This document shows positions 12,895 through 24,492 of a stretch of DNA of 64,000 nucleotides, piece by piece (within the stretch, counting starts at the first letter, position 1; the number at the start of each line of letters is the position of its first letter). The stretch comes from Saccostrea cucullata (lineage: Eukaryota): positions 62,001-126,000 of the forward strand of contig NW_026923231.1 of the NCBI RefSeq assembly GCF_032062105.1, in the 5' to 3' direction. The notes beneath the pieces were generated by a model. It made no database searches, was not told where the DNA came from, and saw only the letters and a list, made by a program, of their open reading frames with translations. The position numbers were made by a program, and so were the translations under genes.

Positions 12895-14665
12895 CTACCA
12901 AATTTTCACCATTTCTAGACTTTTTCTCGTACTAAGATTCTTATCCTCTATTGTCTGATAAGTGTCCTGCTCGATAACTTGGTCGATTGTTGCTTTTTTC
13001 AATCGTTTTAACTTTTTCTTCGCCTTTAAGCTTCCATAAACTGCCAAGGCAATGATGACACACAATGAAAGACTAAGCACAATTAGCGACATATGGGATG
13101 GCATTCGGCTCTCCTTGTTTGCAAGGACTGTCGTGAAGTCACCTGCATACTGGGTTTGATTTGTAATGTTGAGATCTGTAAAGAATTTACGTACAAATTA
13201 ATAGCTATAGAAGGAAGATATAAAGAGTTTTTGACTTTGGAATATTATTATATCCATTTTAATCGTAACTGAAAAGTGAGCCCAGCTGAATTCGTTCTAT
13301 CAGATGAGCAGTTAAGTTGGTAAAGAGCCACTTTTTTACTGAATATTTATTATTATATGAAATATTGTATGTTTATCTGAAAGAGTCGCCAGTAAAAATA
13401 AAAAAAAACATTAACAAACATTAAAACCAGCACCAACCATTCTTAAGAGTACTTCAACTTATCATCATTTTGTTTGTCCTTTAATTTGAAATTTTCCCCT
13501 CACTATAATTTAACAATGCTTATTTACTGAGTATATCTCATAAGGAACGGGATTCAGAATGTTAAAATCAAGTTACATATACATGTAGAAAAAACACATT
13601 TTTTTCAATATTGTCGTCGATTTCCTTAACACTTTTCCACCAAATTTAATTTGTCATTAAGGAGATGTTTTTTTTTTCTTACGTGTGTTGTAAAATAACT
13701 TACCTTGTAGACTAATGGACTGGTATGATCACAAAAAGAATAAGGTGGCTATCTCTTAAGGTTCACAAAAACCCGTATTCTTTAACTATTTCTCTCTTTT
13801 TTTATGTTGAGATACATGTAGATTTTGGCAAAATTCTCAAATTTAATTTACTCATTCCTCAGCTCTTCACCAGTTTACATTATATTATTTTTGAACAGAC
13901 TCAATTCAATTTGGTTTTTGTAACTTATCAATAACTTAAACATGTTTAGATCAACATAATAAGTAAAATAATAAATTCAGTACTTACGGTCAATACTGCT
14001 TATTGTTTGTAATGTCAAGGTTGAGCTTTCATTACAGCCTGATATAAAATCACAGGTATCATTGGAACAATTACACACATCTTGACACCTCAATCCATAA
14101 CTAGGATACACACACTTTTTCGTGCAGTTGATTCCCGAGAAACCGGCTTCACATACTACAGAAGTATGTTTTAAATTGCCAAAATTATATTTAAGAAGAT
14201 ACGAGCTGCTGTATCAGGGCAATTAAAGTATATTGAGACATTAAAAAAAATATTTTCTCCGTTATGAATTCGCAGCAGCTTATGAAAATTAACATTTTTA
14301 GTAGAAAAAAGCTTTATAGACATCATGTTAAGCTTGAAAACATTAGGCATGCAAAAAGAAACTGCTTCCTTGCTTGAAAATTAACCTGTACAGTTTTCTA
14401 TATTGTTATTCCATTGATAACCAGGACAACAACCACCCGGAAAGCTGCAGAAAAAAAAAATTATAGCATTTTTATCGATATGGACAAAAAAATCCTTTGA
14501 GTTAAGAATGTATACAATTATTTTCCTTTATTCCCTAACGTTTGGAAATCTTTTATGGATGAAATGAATAATATCTTACCCTTTACACATGGACTGACTC
14601 CAAATAGATCCAGTCTTTAAGAAGCAGATAAGAAATAATTTCATTGGAGTTATTTTTGTTGTCAT
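12895..14665 (-). CDS. Receptor gene A: MEGF10/Nimrod-like single-EGF type I membrane protein, 197 aa; exons 14665-14580, 14444-14386, 14155-13988, 13175-12895
   Basis: All introns are GT-AG, phases 2,1,1 are consistent, and the 594-nt frame is open: MTTKITPMKLFLICFLKTGSIWS (signal) QSMCKGFPGGCCPGYQWNNNIENCTVCEAGFSGINCTKKCVYPSYGLRCQDVCNCSNDTCDFISGC, then stalk, TM (SLIVLSLSLCVIIALAVYGSL), KAKKKLKRLKK, and DTYQTI in the tail. Confidence 0.85.
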
Positions 14666-15269
14666 TCTTAAAAAATCGATTAAATAGAATAAGCAAATAC
14701 TTTATTGCAAGAACAAGGAAGAATGAGAATATTTTTATTCATGAATTTCCTCAATATATCGTACAAGTAGGTGCTATATTTGTGCTCTATACGTACATCA
14801 ATCTAAAATACATACGAATACATGATTGTGCTAACTATATAGAATTAAGGAAACGTGCTTTTGATTTGTAATAATTTTATTTTTTTTTTGTATTCTCGCC
14901 TCTCACTGGTTGATTTCCAAAAAGGAACGCAATCTTTTTTCGTAAAATCTGGTTTTGTATGGAGACACACCCCCTTGGCGACCAGCTTTATATGTATCAT
15001 CTTATCCATACAATCCTCTCATTTCCGATGCTCGGAATCCATGGAAAATTCAATATTTAATAAACGTACTTTAACTTCAAACAGTAAGTCAATCTTACCT
15101 CATGTAAACAAACATCATAGCTGCTAGATCAATGTATTAGTTATTACCTACTCGCTTCTCATCCCTTCCATTACTACGGTAACGTTGTATCATTGCGCGG
15201 TAAATTTGAACTCATAAAAAGCAACATAATTTTACATTCAAAGTTGTTTAATTATTTTAAAAGTAAGTA

Positions 15270-15440
15270 ATAAGGAATGATTCTAATTCTTGGCCAATTT
15301 ATCGAGTATAATCTGGTTTGGGTCAGTTTACACTTTTTTATAATCCGCTTCAGTTTACGCTTTTTTTTAATCCGCTTCGTAAACTTACCCAAACCAGATT
15401 ATACTCAATAATTTGGCCAAGAATTAGAGTCATTCCTTAA
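15270..15440. mobile_element. Short fold-back (palindromic) element, TAAGGAATGA...TCATTCCTTA
   Basis: About 60-bp inverted arms with an internal duplicated AATCCGCTTC unit. Confidence 0.75.
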
Positions 15441-16386
15441 AAGCATTAAAGAAAACAAATTGTTAACAAACTATTCTTAGAAAAAAAACAACTACTTTTC
15501 AATTTAAAATCTAAAACAGATACTCTTAGTTAACACATTTTTACAACAACCCCCGACTAGTGGAGTTTCTAATAGCGTTTAATTAAAAACAAAAAGAAAA
15601 TACAACTCAACTTTCTAATCCTTCCGATTCCATGAAGTCATCTGAAAGAAACCCTGAAAAGAAAGAAGCAAACACTGACCTCTAAAACACCAGAGGTGTG
15701 ATAGTGCTTTTGGGAGTAAGAATATAATTGTCAGGCACAGGAAAATCCATCGACACTCAAAAGTAAAAAAATGGCCAAAACGTATGAAAAACTTAAGTTA
15801 GTACTTGACTTAATAAGTGTTTTAATTTACTGTCAGGGACATTGTATTGCCTGAAAATTTACAAATTGATTTCTTTTAACAAGATTGTTCATATTATTGT
15901 TTCATAAACTTGTTTGTCAATAACTTGTATTAAGAAATTGTTCATACGTAGAACATACCCTTGCATTTCAAACATAGAGATATGAACCAGATATGCAATT
16001 TATGATCAATTGCAAATTGCATTAACTTTGAAAAAACTTACACACTCGCTCTGTCAAATCCAAGAGGCTTTATTCTATTTTCGTTTTATTTTATTTCAAG
16101 ATCTAAAGAACATTTTGATGTATTTTGTAAACCTTTTTTCTTAGAAACCCAAATGCTGAAATGGGCAAACGTACAAGCTTTTGAGGCTTCATACCACGGA
16201 TATTGATCAGCAGGAAGTAATAAATGCGCGAGTAAAAATTATTAATCATTTTATATAAAATGTAAAATGTGAACAAGTAATTCAACTTCTGTGGCTTTTT
16301 ACATTTCTTACATAAAATTATTTGCTTCAAAGTATTCTGTCTTCTTGTTCATTTTTAACGTTCATCCTAAAGTTTTTAAAAAACTT

Positions 16387-17486
16387 CGCAGGTACGTTAA
16401 GGCTTCCCAGAGAATACTACAGTGTACTCTGTGCATACACTTCTCTGAACTACAAATGTATGACGTCATAATTGAAAATGACGTCAAGTCACTGCGAAAT
16501 GAGGGAGAGAGTGTCATAAACCTTACATCGTATTTCACTTTGTATACAAAGATGTAGAAATAAACTGTGAAATCACAATTTTTATGGGGGTTTAATTTTC
16601 GTGGTTTTCGTGGTGTAAAGAGACCCATGAATTCATGTCCATCACGAAATGTAAAATGTGACATACATAACTGCTCAACAATTCTTCATCCACGAAATTA
16701 AATCCCCAGGAACCAAGAGTTTTTCTACAAACCACGAAAATTTGACACCATGAAAATATGTGATTTTACAGTAGTTTAAAATAAATATTTTAAAATAATA
16801 TCTTTTAAATATTAATGTATCCGAATAATTCAGATAACTTTGTTTTATTACTTTTGTGCAACAGTCAGAATGTTTAAAATACATACGAAAATAAACGTTT
16901 GAAATATACCTTTTTTTATACTAGTGGATAGAGGCAGAACTCATAAAATGTGCATAAAAGAGTCTGGCGCAGGTCATTATTGAGGATTAATTTGAGATGT
17001 TTTGTTAAAATCTGTAAGAAGAGTCTCCCCTCTATCTGAATCTTGCTTGGGAAAAATGTATGATGAGTTTGTTTTAAAACGATATTGAGCGGAACATATC
17101 CTTAGATATGTCGATAAGTTGAGGTTAATGTAAAATATTTTGTAACAGAGTAATAGTATAACTTTTCCCAAGCATATTTCGGGTTCTCAAGGATGCAATG
17201 AGTTTATTTACATGACAAAAAGTTATAAATAATTGATTTATAGCGCTGCGCCGATGCTATATAATATGTGAAGCATTCTAAAAAGGTAAGAATTACCGTC
17301 ACGTGATCAACGAGGTTATATGATATCGTAACAAATATGTTTATATGTAGGCTAGGGAACTCTCTATATAAATTCGCCGTATTTAGGTACATAACTTAAA
17401 ATTAAAACTTAAAATCGACCTTACAATGCAGTGATACGTTTTAAACGCATTTAAAGCTATATATGGGACACCTTAACAGTACTGCG
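16387..17486. mobile_element. CGCAG-terminus TIR element, 2-bp TSD TT; carries a nested MITE
   Basis: CGCAGGTACGTTAAGG...CCTTAACAGTACTGCG with TT on both flanks. Confidence 0.7.
16565..16771. mobile_element. Tc1/mariner-type MITE (CTGT...ACAG) with CACGAAA subterminal repeats
   Basis: Inverted termini CTGTGAAATCACA / TGTGATTTTACAG, followed by TA. Confidence 0.7.
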
Positions 17487-18403
17487 TTTTTTCATATTTA
17501 ATGTGTTTTATTAAGCTATTATGCTAAATTGCAAAATCGCCTGAGAATATCAATGTATACAATATGCCATAAACAATTCAGTCATTACGCGTTCATTAAA
17601 GGTCATAGCTTTTTCAACAACAATTGAGTGTAAGCTATCACAAGTGTCCATGTCTACAACATGCAATATTTGTCGCCTAGAAATTTTCGATATGATGTTT
17701 TCGTTTAATTTAAGATGTCAGTTTAACATGATAAAATTTGTGTCTCATTTCATACCCTTCCTACTGGAATCTCTCCAACTTTTTTATCAATATTAATTAT
17801 CAGAGGAATTTCCATTGCCATTCACACATCGAACATCGGTTATCACAACTGTAAAAAAAATTCCCGACAAGAACATTGTTACAATGATACTGATAACAAG
17901 TAACCTTTCAGAGAATATACCTTCGAAATAGAAGCCTCTATGTCACAGGGTCAATCGTTTCAGAAAAACGCTGGATTCGGTTATGATGTTTTATTGTGGA
18001 TAACAAAAAAGAAACCAGTTATCCAGTATCATAAAATAATGAATATTATTATAATAGTGATCAAGGCATCGTATAACTAGTTGGCTTCATAAATGGTTGG
18101 ACCTCATTAACCGTGTAGGTAAAAGCTAATGGATATCTTATTTGGTGGGATAAGCGCTTATATAGTGCACGAAGTTAGTATACATGCATATTAATTATCA
18201 GATAGATGTCTGTCATTGTTACACTGGTCGTACTCGTATACCTGGTCGTTTGGGAAGCTAAACATAGAAACATCACGTGACAAACAAAACATTCACACAT
18301 GGCACTCATTCACACAAACAGCGCTACGTTTGATTAGCTAATCAAATATGAATTATTAACAGAGTATATAATTAAATATCAACTCTGACATTTATATCAA
18401 AAT

Positions 18404-18748
18404 AAACTAGAGTTTCTGTGAGCGATGAGCTCACTAAATGATACCCTCCGCCTCCATATAGTTAATATAATTGCAAAGTCCATGTTTTGCTGTGACCGGG
18501 AAACCCAAAATATGTGTCGGATCAAAAAGTAAACAAGAAGGTCCAAAATTGCAGTATGTAATAAAGATTCTGTGAAAGTTTCATCAAATTTCATTCAGTG
18601 GTATGAGAGGAGTTGCAGATAAGAGATGGGTATCCCAAAGCGTAACAGACGGACGTAAGGACGGACTACGGAGGGACGGACAGATGTACAGACGGACGGA
18701 ATTAACGATTACTATATACCCTCCCGCTTTTCAAGCGGGGGGTATTAT
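18404..18748 (+). mobile_element. Helentron-associated non-autonomous element (HINE)
   Basis: AAACTAGAG start, (GACG/GACA)n microsatellite, 3' hairpin CCCGCTTTTCAAGCGGG. Same family as 28534-28878. Confidence 0.8.
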
Positions 18749-19029
18749 TAGGATACATGTTACTATACAATATTAATAGAAAAGATAAATTAATTATTTA
18801 AACGTGTGACATGGCAGAGCTGTAGGATGACAAGGTATTTTTCTGCGAGAGTTTTGTTCCAGTTATATGATTTTCGAATGTGCTATGCAGTGTTGGTTAT
18901 AGATTAAAAGTGTAACATATATATTTTTTCTATCATGCGCCGAATCCTCTTTATTTATCTATTTACTCCTTTGAAACAAAAAAAAAACAAACTTTACAGT
19001 CTCTTATTACAGGCAATGGCGAATGTCAT

Positions 19030-19032
19030 CTC

Positions 19033-19066
<34 letters not shown>
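19030..19066. repeat. (CT)n microsatellite
   Basis: Read directly from the sequence. Confidence 0.95.
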
Positions 19067-19143
19067 TAGTTGACGTTTGATTAAAATGCAAAGGATCGTC
19101 CGGGTAATAAATTAAAATTTCAATGTTTATTGGTTCGTTGTTA

Positions 19144-20364
19144 CAGTGGTCGGAACGTTGTTGTTGACAAACCAATCGTGTAGAATCGTTCGTGTATCGT
19201 GAATGATCGTTCGTGTAACGTGCGAGATCGTTCGTGTATCAGACTCAATCGTCTGCGTTTTTAATTGTGCGAGATCGTGCGTTTAGAATTGTGTAAATTT
19301 CGTTTTGTAAGTTTTTATCGGAATGTTATTTGTAATATAAGCATTTCCCTTGTTTGTTTTTCTAATTTTATTAATTAAAATCCAAATAAAATGAAAAAGC
19401 GCAACTTACATAATAGAATGCAGAACGAACTAATTATCGCCCGTAAACAAGCAATATAGTAATTCGTACAATATTAAGTTCTCGTCAAATAGCGCAATCA
19501 ATATTGTTATAAACCGTACTTAGATCTTTAACGCCTTTTTGAAAAATCTGATTTTAATTATTATTTACTTCTTATTGTGGTCAAGATAATCTTGAAATCA
19601 ATTCATTGAAAATAAATATATTTTTTTTTAGAAAAAAATAAACATTTTGCAATGCATACATAACTAGTTAGTCGACAAATATACATGGACACGGCATGAT
19701 TTTCGGGAGTTTTGATTATCTGTGTTTATCTCTTGAGCCTATTTGTAATTAATTAATTTTAAATTTCTGCAAATAAAAAAGTTGAATAATTGGCAAGTTT
19801 ATCAGACATTGAATCATTGGAAACATAAGGATAAAATTTGTAATATTATAATTTAAGTCATTCCATGCTGCCATTTTTGTTCAATCGTATCCCCCTTTCT
19901 GCATATCATGATATCCAATTCAATCAAATTATACGACCCACATACATGTACATTGTCTAATAGAACGAACAAAATCTGTTTTTTTTTTTTTTTCAGAGAA
20001 TTACCTTAGAAATAATTATTTTATATCTAAAATATTAAGTCTTGCATATATTTAGTTACAGAAATATCATTTTCCGTTTTTTTTTCTTCAAAGTCTATGA
20101 AATAATATTGATAATTCTTTGAAATCTTAAATAAGTATTAAGCCGTATTTCGTTTTGAAAATATCAGATTCCTAAATATTTTGAACTATTTTGGGTGAAG
20201 AATCGTGCGTTTGCGTCAGCAATCGTGTAAGATCGTGTCACGTGTACAATCGTGAACGTGAAAGATCGTTCGTGTAACAGGTTTAATCGTGCGTTTATCG
20301 TGCGGAATCGTTCGTGTAACGTGATCGTTCGTATACGTTGTCAACAATAACCTTCCAGCCACTG
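19144..20364. mobile_element. Non-autonomous TIR element (CAGTGG...CCACTG), TA-flanked, with GATCGTTCGTGT subterminal repeats
   Basis: TA|CAGTGGTCGGAACGTTGTTGTTGACAA ... TTGTCAACAATAACCTTCCAGCCACTG|TA, with ATCGT(T)CGTG arrays near both ends. Confidence 0.8.
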
Positions 20365-20731
20365 TACGTCTACGATAACACAATGTTTAAAGTCAATGAT
20401 CATTCAAGTTCAATAATTTCTTCCAGAAATTGTTTGATTGAAGTATGATTTAGTCCCTAATTGTACAAGGACTTGAGCATGGTTATTAAAAATCAAAATA
20501 GAGGTTTGACCTCATTCATATAAAAAAAATAATTTATCCTGAAATATACTCTTCAAAAAAAAAAAAAAAAAAAAAACAAATAAAAAACGCATAGTAGAAT
20601 TTTATTAACACATTGTACATAAAGATTATTTAGTAAATTGATGCATTGATGAAACAGGAACAGGAATACCATTTAAATGTCATAATTACACAACAATTTT
20701 AAAATTATTGTCAGTTTAAGACCATTAAAGA

Positions 20732-21723
20732 TTAATAAATGGTATGCCCCCTGTAGACACCTATGATAGTCACAAACGGCATCTAATTGAAGCAAACATG
20801 CGTAATAAAAACTGTATAGGAATACTCTACCACTCCAAATGTAGAACTTTGGTCAGCTGTTGAAAAGTCTGGGGATGTGATTGTCTTTGGCAAATCCTGT
20901 CCATCCTTTTTGTGCAATGCTGCTTAATTTGAATTAAATCTACTGATTTAGATGACTGTGATAGAAACAAGTTGCTGTTGCTTTGCAAGAACTGGAGTGG
21001 TAAACGAGCCGTATGTAGCTGTGTATTGTGAGACTGCAATACGGATGTAGGGTGCTGCAAAGTTAAATGGACATGAGTAGGTAGAACATGGTTAGAGCAC
21101 CCTTTTCCATCAAAGTCCATTGAATTCGTACCAAATCAATCTTACTTTCTTATAGTACCGTTTTCCACATCATTACACTACCACCACCAACTGTTTTAAC
21201 ATTTATTACAAGGCAATGGCACTTTTAAATTTATAAGAGGCTTTCAGATAAACATTCTGGACAAGTAGCTAAACCAAAATGTTCAGCAGTGACTCTGTGG
21301 TCATACTCTATTGATCTGAGATATCTGAAATCGATATTTGGGGTGTTATGGGATCAACAATGGCATGAATAATCCTCTTGCAATAATTCGCAGTCAACTG
21401 AAAATGGTCTTTTTATATGATCTGTGAAGTTCAGGGATAGCTAATGCTTTAGATGACGTCATTACATTACATTCATACAATTTACGTAATCCTCTGAAGT
21501 GATGCTGTGCTGCTGATGTCATATGTAGTCTACCATATTTTTTTTGCGAACATTACGTGTTAGATGTTAATGATTTATGTTTTATAGATTAGATATGGCG
21601 CTGTACGTAACATTAAAATTTCTTGCAATAATTATTGTAGATTTCGGTGCCTCTGCTTCCAGTCTGCCATTTTCCTTTTTGTGTTATGCGACATTCAGAT
21701 GCAGCATTTTTAGGAGGCGTCAT
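20732..21723 (-). pseudogene. Decayed near-full-length Tc1-type transposase
   Basis: Minus-strand fragments in the expected order: 'NGRLEA...IARNFNVTYSAISNL' (HTH), 'VKTVGGGSVMMW', 'LQSHNTQLHTARL..QFLQ...SKSVDLIQIK...QRQSHPQTFQQL..VLHLEW' (compare FQQDNARPHTAR...SPDLNPIE), and 'GHTIY*'. Multiple stops and frameshifts. Confidence 0.8.
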
Positions 21724-22211
21724 TGTTCAGATAAAATTTTGCAAAATCAGGTTTTTTTGTCTTTGAGACTTGTAGAATAGCTATAAAGTTAACAATTGCA
21801 CTAAAAAATCACGCATTTCACTCGAATACATCATATCCAATTAAAAGAAAAGGTAAGACAAAACTATCATACATTTTTCAGGGCATTGTTACTATTATGC
21901 GTTTCTTTTTTTGAAGAGTATACAAAAATAGGAATGATGTAGTTGTAATTGCTGCTATATGTAAGAGAGGAAAGAGAACTCTGGGTCAGCGTTATCTACC
22001 TAAGGTTACGTTGAAGCAAAGGAATAATTGGGATTTGTAAGAAATGTTGGTAATTTCTCGTGCAATGGATGGAATATTAAAAATATTAAATTAATTAACG
22101 AAAGAAAATGGGTGAAATAAATTTCTTTTGTTGTAGTTTAGCCTATGGCTATATAAGAATAATATTTGTCATTATTATTATTATTATTATTTAAAGCAAA
22201 GTAAATGCATC

Positions 22212-22327
22212 TCATTTGTTATTAAACTTTTTAGGATATGTATACATAAACCCAACCAAAACGCTTCTCTCAGAGTTACAGGATTTACAACTTTGTGGCA
22301 GCTTAAATCTTAAAATTTCATAACGTT
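22212..22327 (-). CDS. Candidate non-TM terminal exon for gene B (xRYEILRFKLPQSCKSCNSERSVLVGFMYTYPKKFNNK*); frameshifted homologue at 29169-29282
   Basis: Acceptor tattttctacag| is conserved in both copies and only the phase-1 frame is open. The homologue shows synonymous changes and the same stop, but has a 2-bp deletion. Confidence 0.4.
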
Positions 22328-22384
22328 CTGTAGAAAATATTAACATTCAACAACCTGCCTCTAAAATGCATTTAAATAAAAATA

Positions 22385-22589
22385 CTGTAAATGTAGTATA
22401 TTTGGCGTATATGATATTTGGTGGAAATTCATTCAGCAAGTTAGCGTAGATTTGATTTAGCGCTAGCTGAATATGCATCATATAAATGTATGATACATAA
22501 GACATTTGGCGATGTACTTGATTCAGCGGACTCTGCTTTCCGCCAAAATTGCTAGATAGAATACACCGCTATATGTTGTACGTTTACAG
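22385..22589. mobile_element. TA-flanked MITE (CTGTAAA...TTTACAG); partial copy at ~41123-41210
   Basis: Terminal inverted repeats; absent from the paralogous site near 29335. Confidence 0.75.
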
Positions 22590-23443
22590 TATTTTTTTTC
22601 CTAATTTTTCCAATTTGTCTAAAGAAGCAATATGTCAAACTATTATTTAGATTTATAATGATTATATAATAAATCGTATGTTCTTTCAAAAAAAAGGTTT
22701 AGACGATAAATACTTGTATTTTAGCCAAAAAAGGGTCGGTAATCGAATTCCACGAGATTACTTGGGACTCAAAGAAGTGGAAACAGAATCAATACGTTTT
22801 ATTTCGGTAATTGCATTTTCTACTCCTTTACTTCGCCTTCATATATTCCTACCAAATTCCTGTGCCATTAAGATAATCCATTGTTCAATCATTTAAAGTT
22901 CTTTTTCGATACATATTCTTTTTACAACTCGTACCGATAAATTACTTACATGTACCAGCGCCATTATGTTTTCTTTATATTCATGTGAAATATTTATTGT
23001 TGTTGTTGTTTTGTTTACCTATATCACCCTCTAGATTTTTACACTTATATTGAGACGCCACCACTTTTCATTGAAGGCCTTAATTTATAAAAAATACTCG
23101 GACCTTTGACCACTGCTAAACGAGATCTGATTTAGACGATATCAAATAAAAGACCGGTCACTATGTCCCGCAGTGGATTTTAAACCTGCAACTTTAGAAT
23201 TAGCTCCTTTCTCCATTACTTTGGAACAGACGTTCTTTCATGTACCCTGTGCCAAGCTGGTAGCGACTTTATGGTTAAAAATACGAATAACGTTAATGGT
23301 GCAAGAGATTTAAAAAAAAAACAATATTGTCGTTAGTAATATATAAGTCGGATCTTGTTACCACCACCTTTTCAAAAAGTATATAAATTTAAGAATGTAC
23401 CTTTCTCTTTATTGTTTTTAAAAATAAGGTTCTTTGTACTTAC

Positions 23444-24492
23444 AACGGACGCTTCCTTCTTTTGTGTACGCCTTTACTGTTGAACTTTCATTACAGCCTG
23501 ATATAAAATTACATATATCATTGGAACAAGCACACAACTGTTCACACTTCAATCCATAACTTGGATACACACACTTTCTCGAGCATCTTATTCCCGAGAA
23601 CCTGGATTCACATGCTATAGAAATATGTTTTAAATTGCTAAAGTTATGTTTAAGAAGGTACACGCTGCTTTAATAAGGACGATTTTTGCACATTGAAACA
23701 TTTACAAAAATACTTTTCCTTTGTGAATTTTCATCTTCTAAAGAAAATTAACAATTTCAGTTGAAGAAAAATCTCTATATACGTACATCATATTCTCATT
23801 GAAAAAAAAATGCTCATGCAAGAAGAAATTGCTGTTTTTCTTGAAAATTAACCTGTACAGTTTTCTGTATTGTTATTCCATTGAAAACCAGGACAACAAC
23901 TATCAGGAAAGCTGCAGAAAAAAATTATAACATTTTCATCAAAATCGACAAAAAATCCTTAGTTTAGAAAATATATTCTATTACTTTTCATTTTTTTCTT
24001 CAATTTTGGAAATCATGTATTTAAGAAATAAATAAATTCTTACCCTTTACAAATGAGCTGACTCCAAATATATCTAGTCTTAATATCTTATATCCGTTAT
24101 GAATACACATCTTAAGAAAGTAAACAATTTCAGTAAAAGAAAAAAGCTCTATGTACATCATATCATCATTGAATACAATTCTCATACAAGAAAAAAAAAT
24201 GTTTCTTTGCTTGAAAATTAACCTGTACACTTTTTTGTATTGTTATTCCATTGATAACCAGGACAACAACCACCAGGAAAGCTGCAGAAAAAATTATAGC
24301 ACTTTTATCAAAATGGACAAAAGAGTCCTTAAAAATGTACACTATTACTTTTCCTTTCTCCTTCAAATTTGGAAATCATATATTTTAGAAATGAATAATT
24401 TCTTACCCTTTACACATGGATTGACTCCAAATAGATCCAGTCCTTAAGAAGCAGATAAGAACTAATTTCATTGGAGTTATTTTTGTTGTCAT
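23444..24492 (-). CDS. Receptor paralogue B (ectodomain only): exons 24492-24407, 24281-24223 (2a) or 23911-23853 (2b), 23614-23444; no TM exon found
   Basis: Intact signal exon (MTTKITPMKLVLICFLRTGSIWSQSMCKG), two intact 59-bp CCPG[YF]QW exons, intact 171-bp EGF exon with GT-AG sites. A truncated second exon 1 lies at 24044-24083. Confidence 0.7.

Larger units (their letters stand above)
5775..14790 (+). repeat. Segmental duplication, copy 1 (ROCO 3' end plus receptor gene A); copy 2 at ~52725-61225
   Basis: Collinear similarity interrupted by copy-specific TEs: 6000-6950~53340-54300, 9830-10390~56520-57065, 10700-11460~57070-58715, 12630-14790~58770-61220. Confidence 0.9.

Noticed and set aside
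15094-15200. Possible non-coding first exon of gene A (GAG|gtaaga at 15099)
   Set aside because: Only a donor-like site; I could not find it in the paralogues, and the matching acceptor is absent in B and C.
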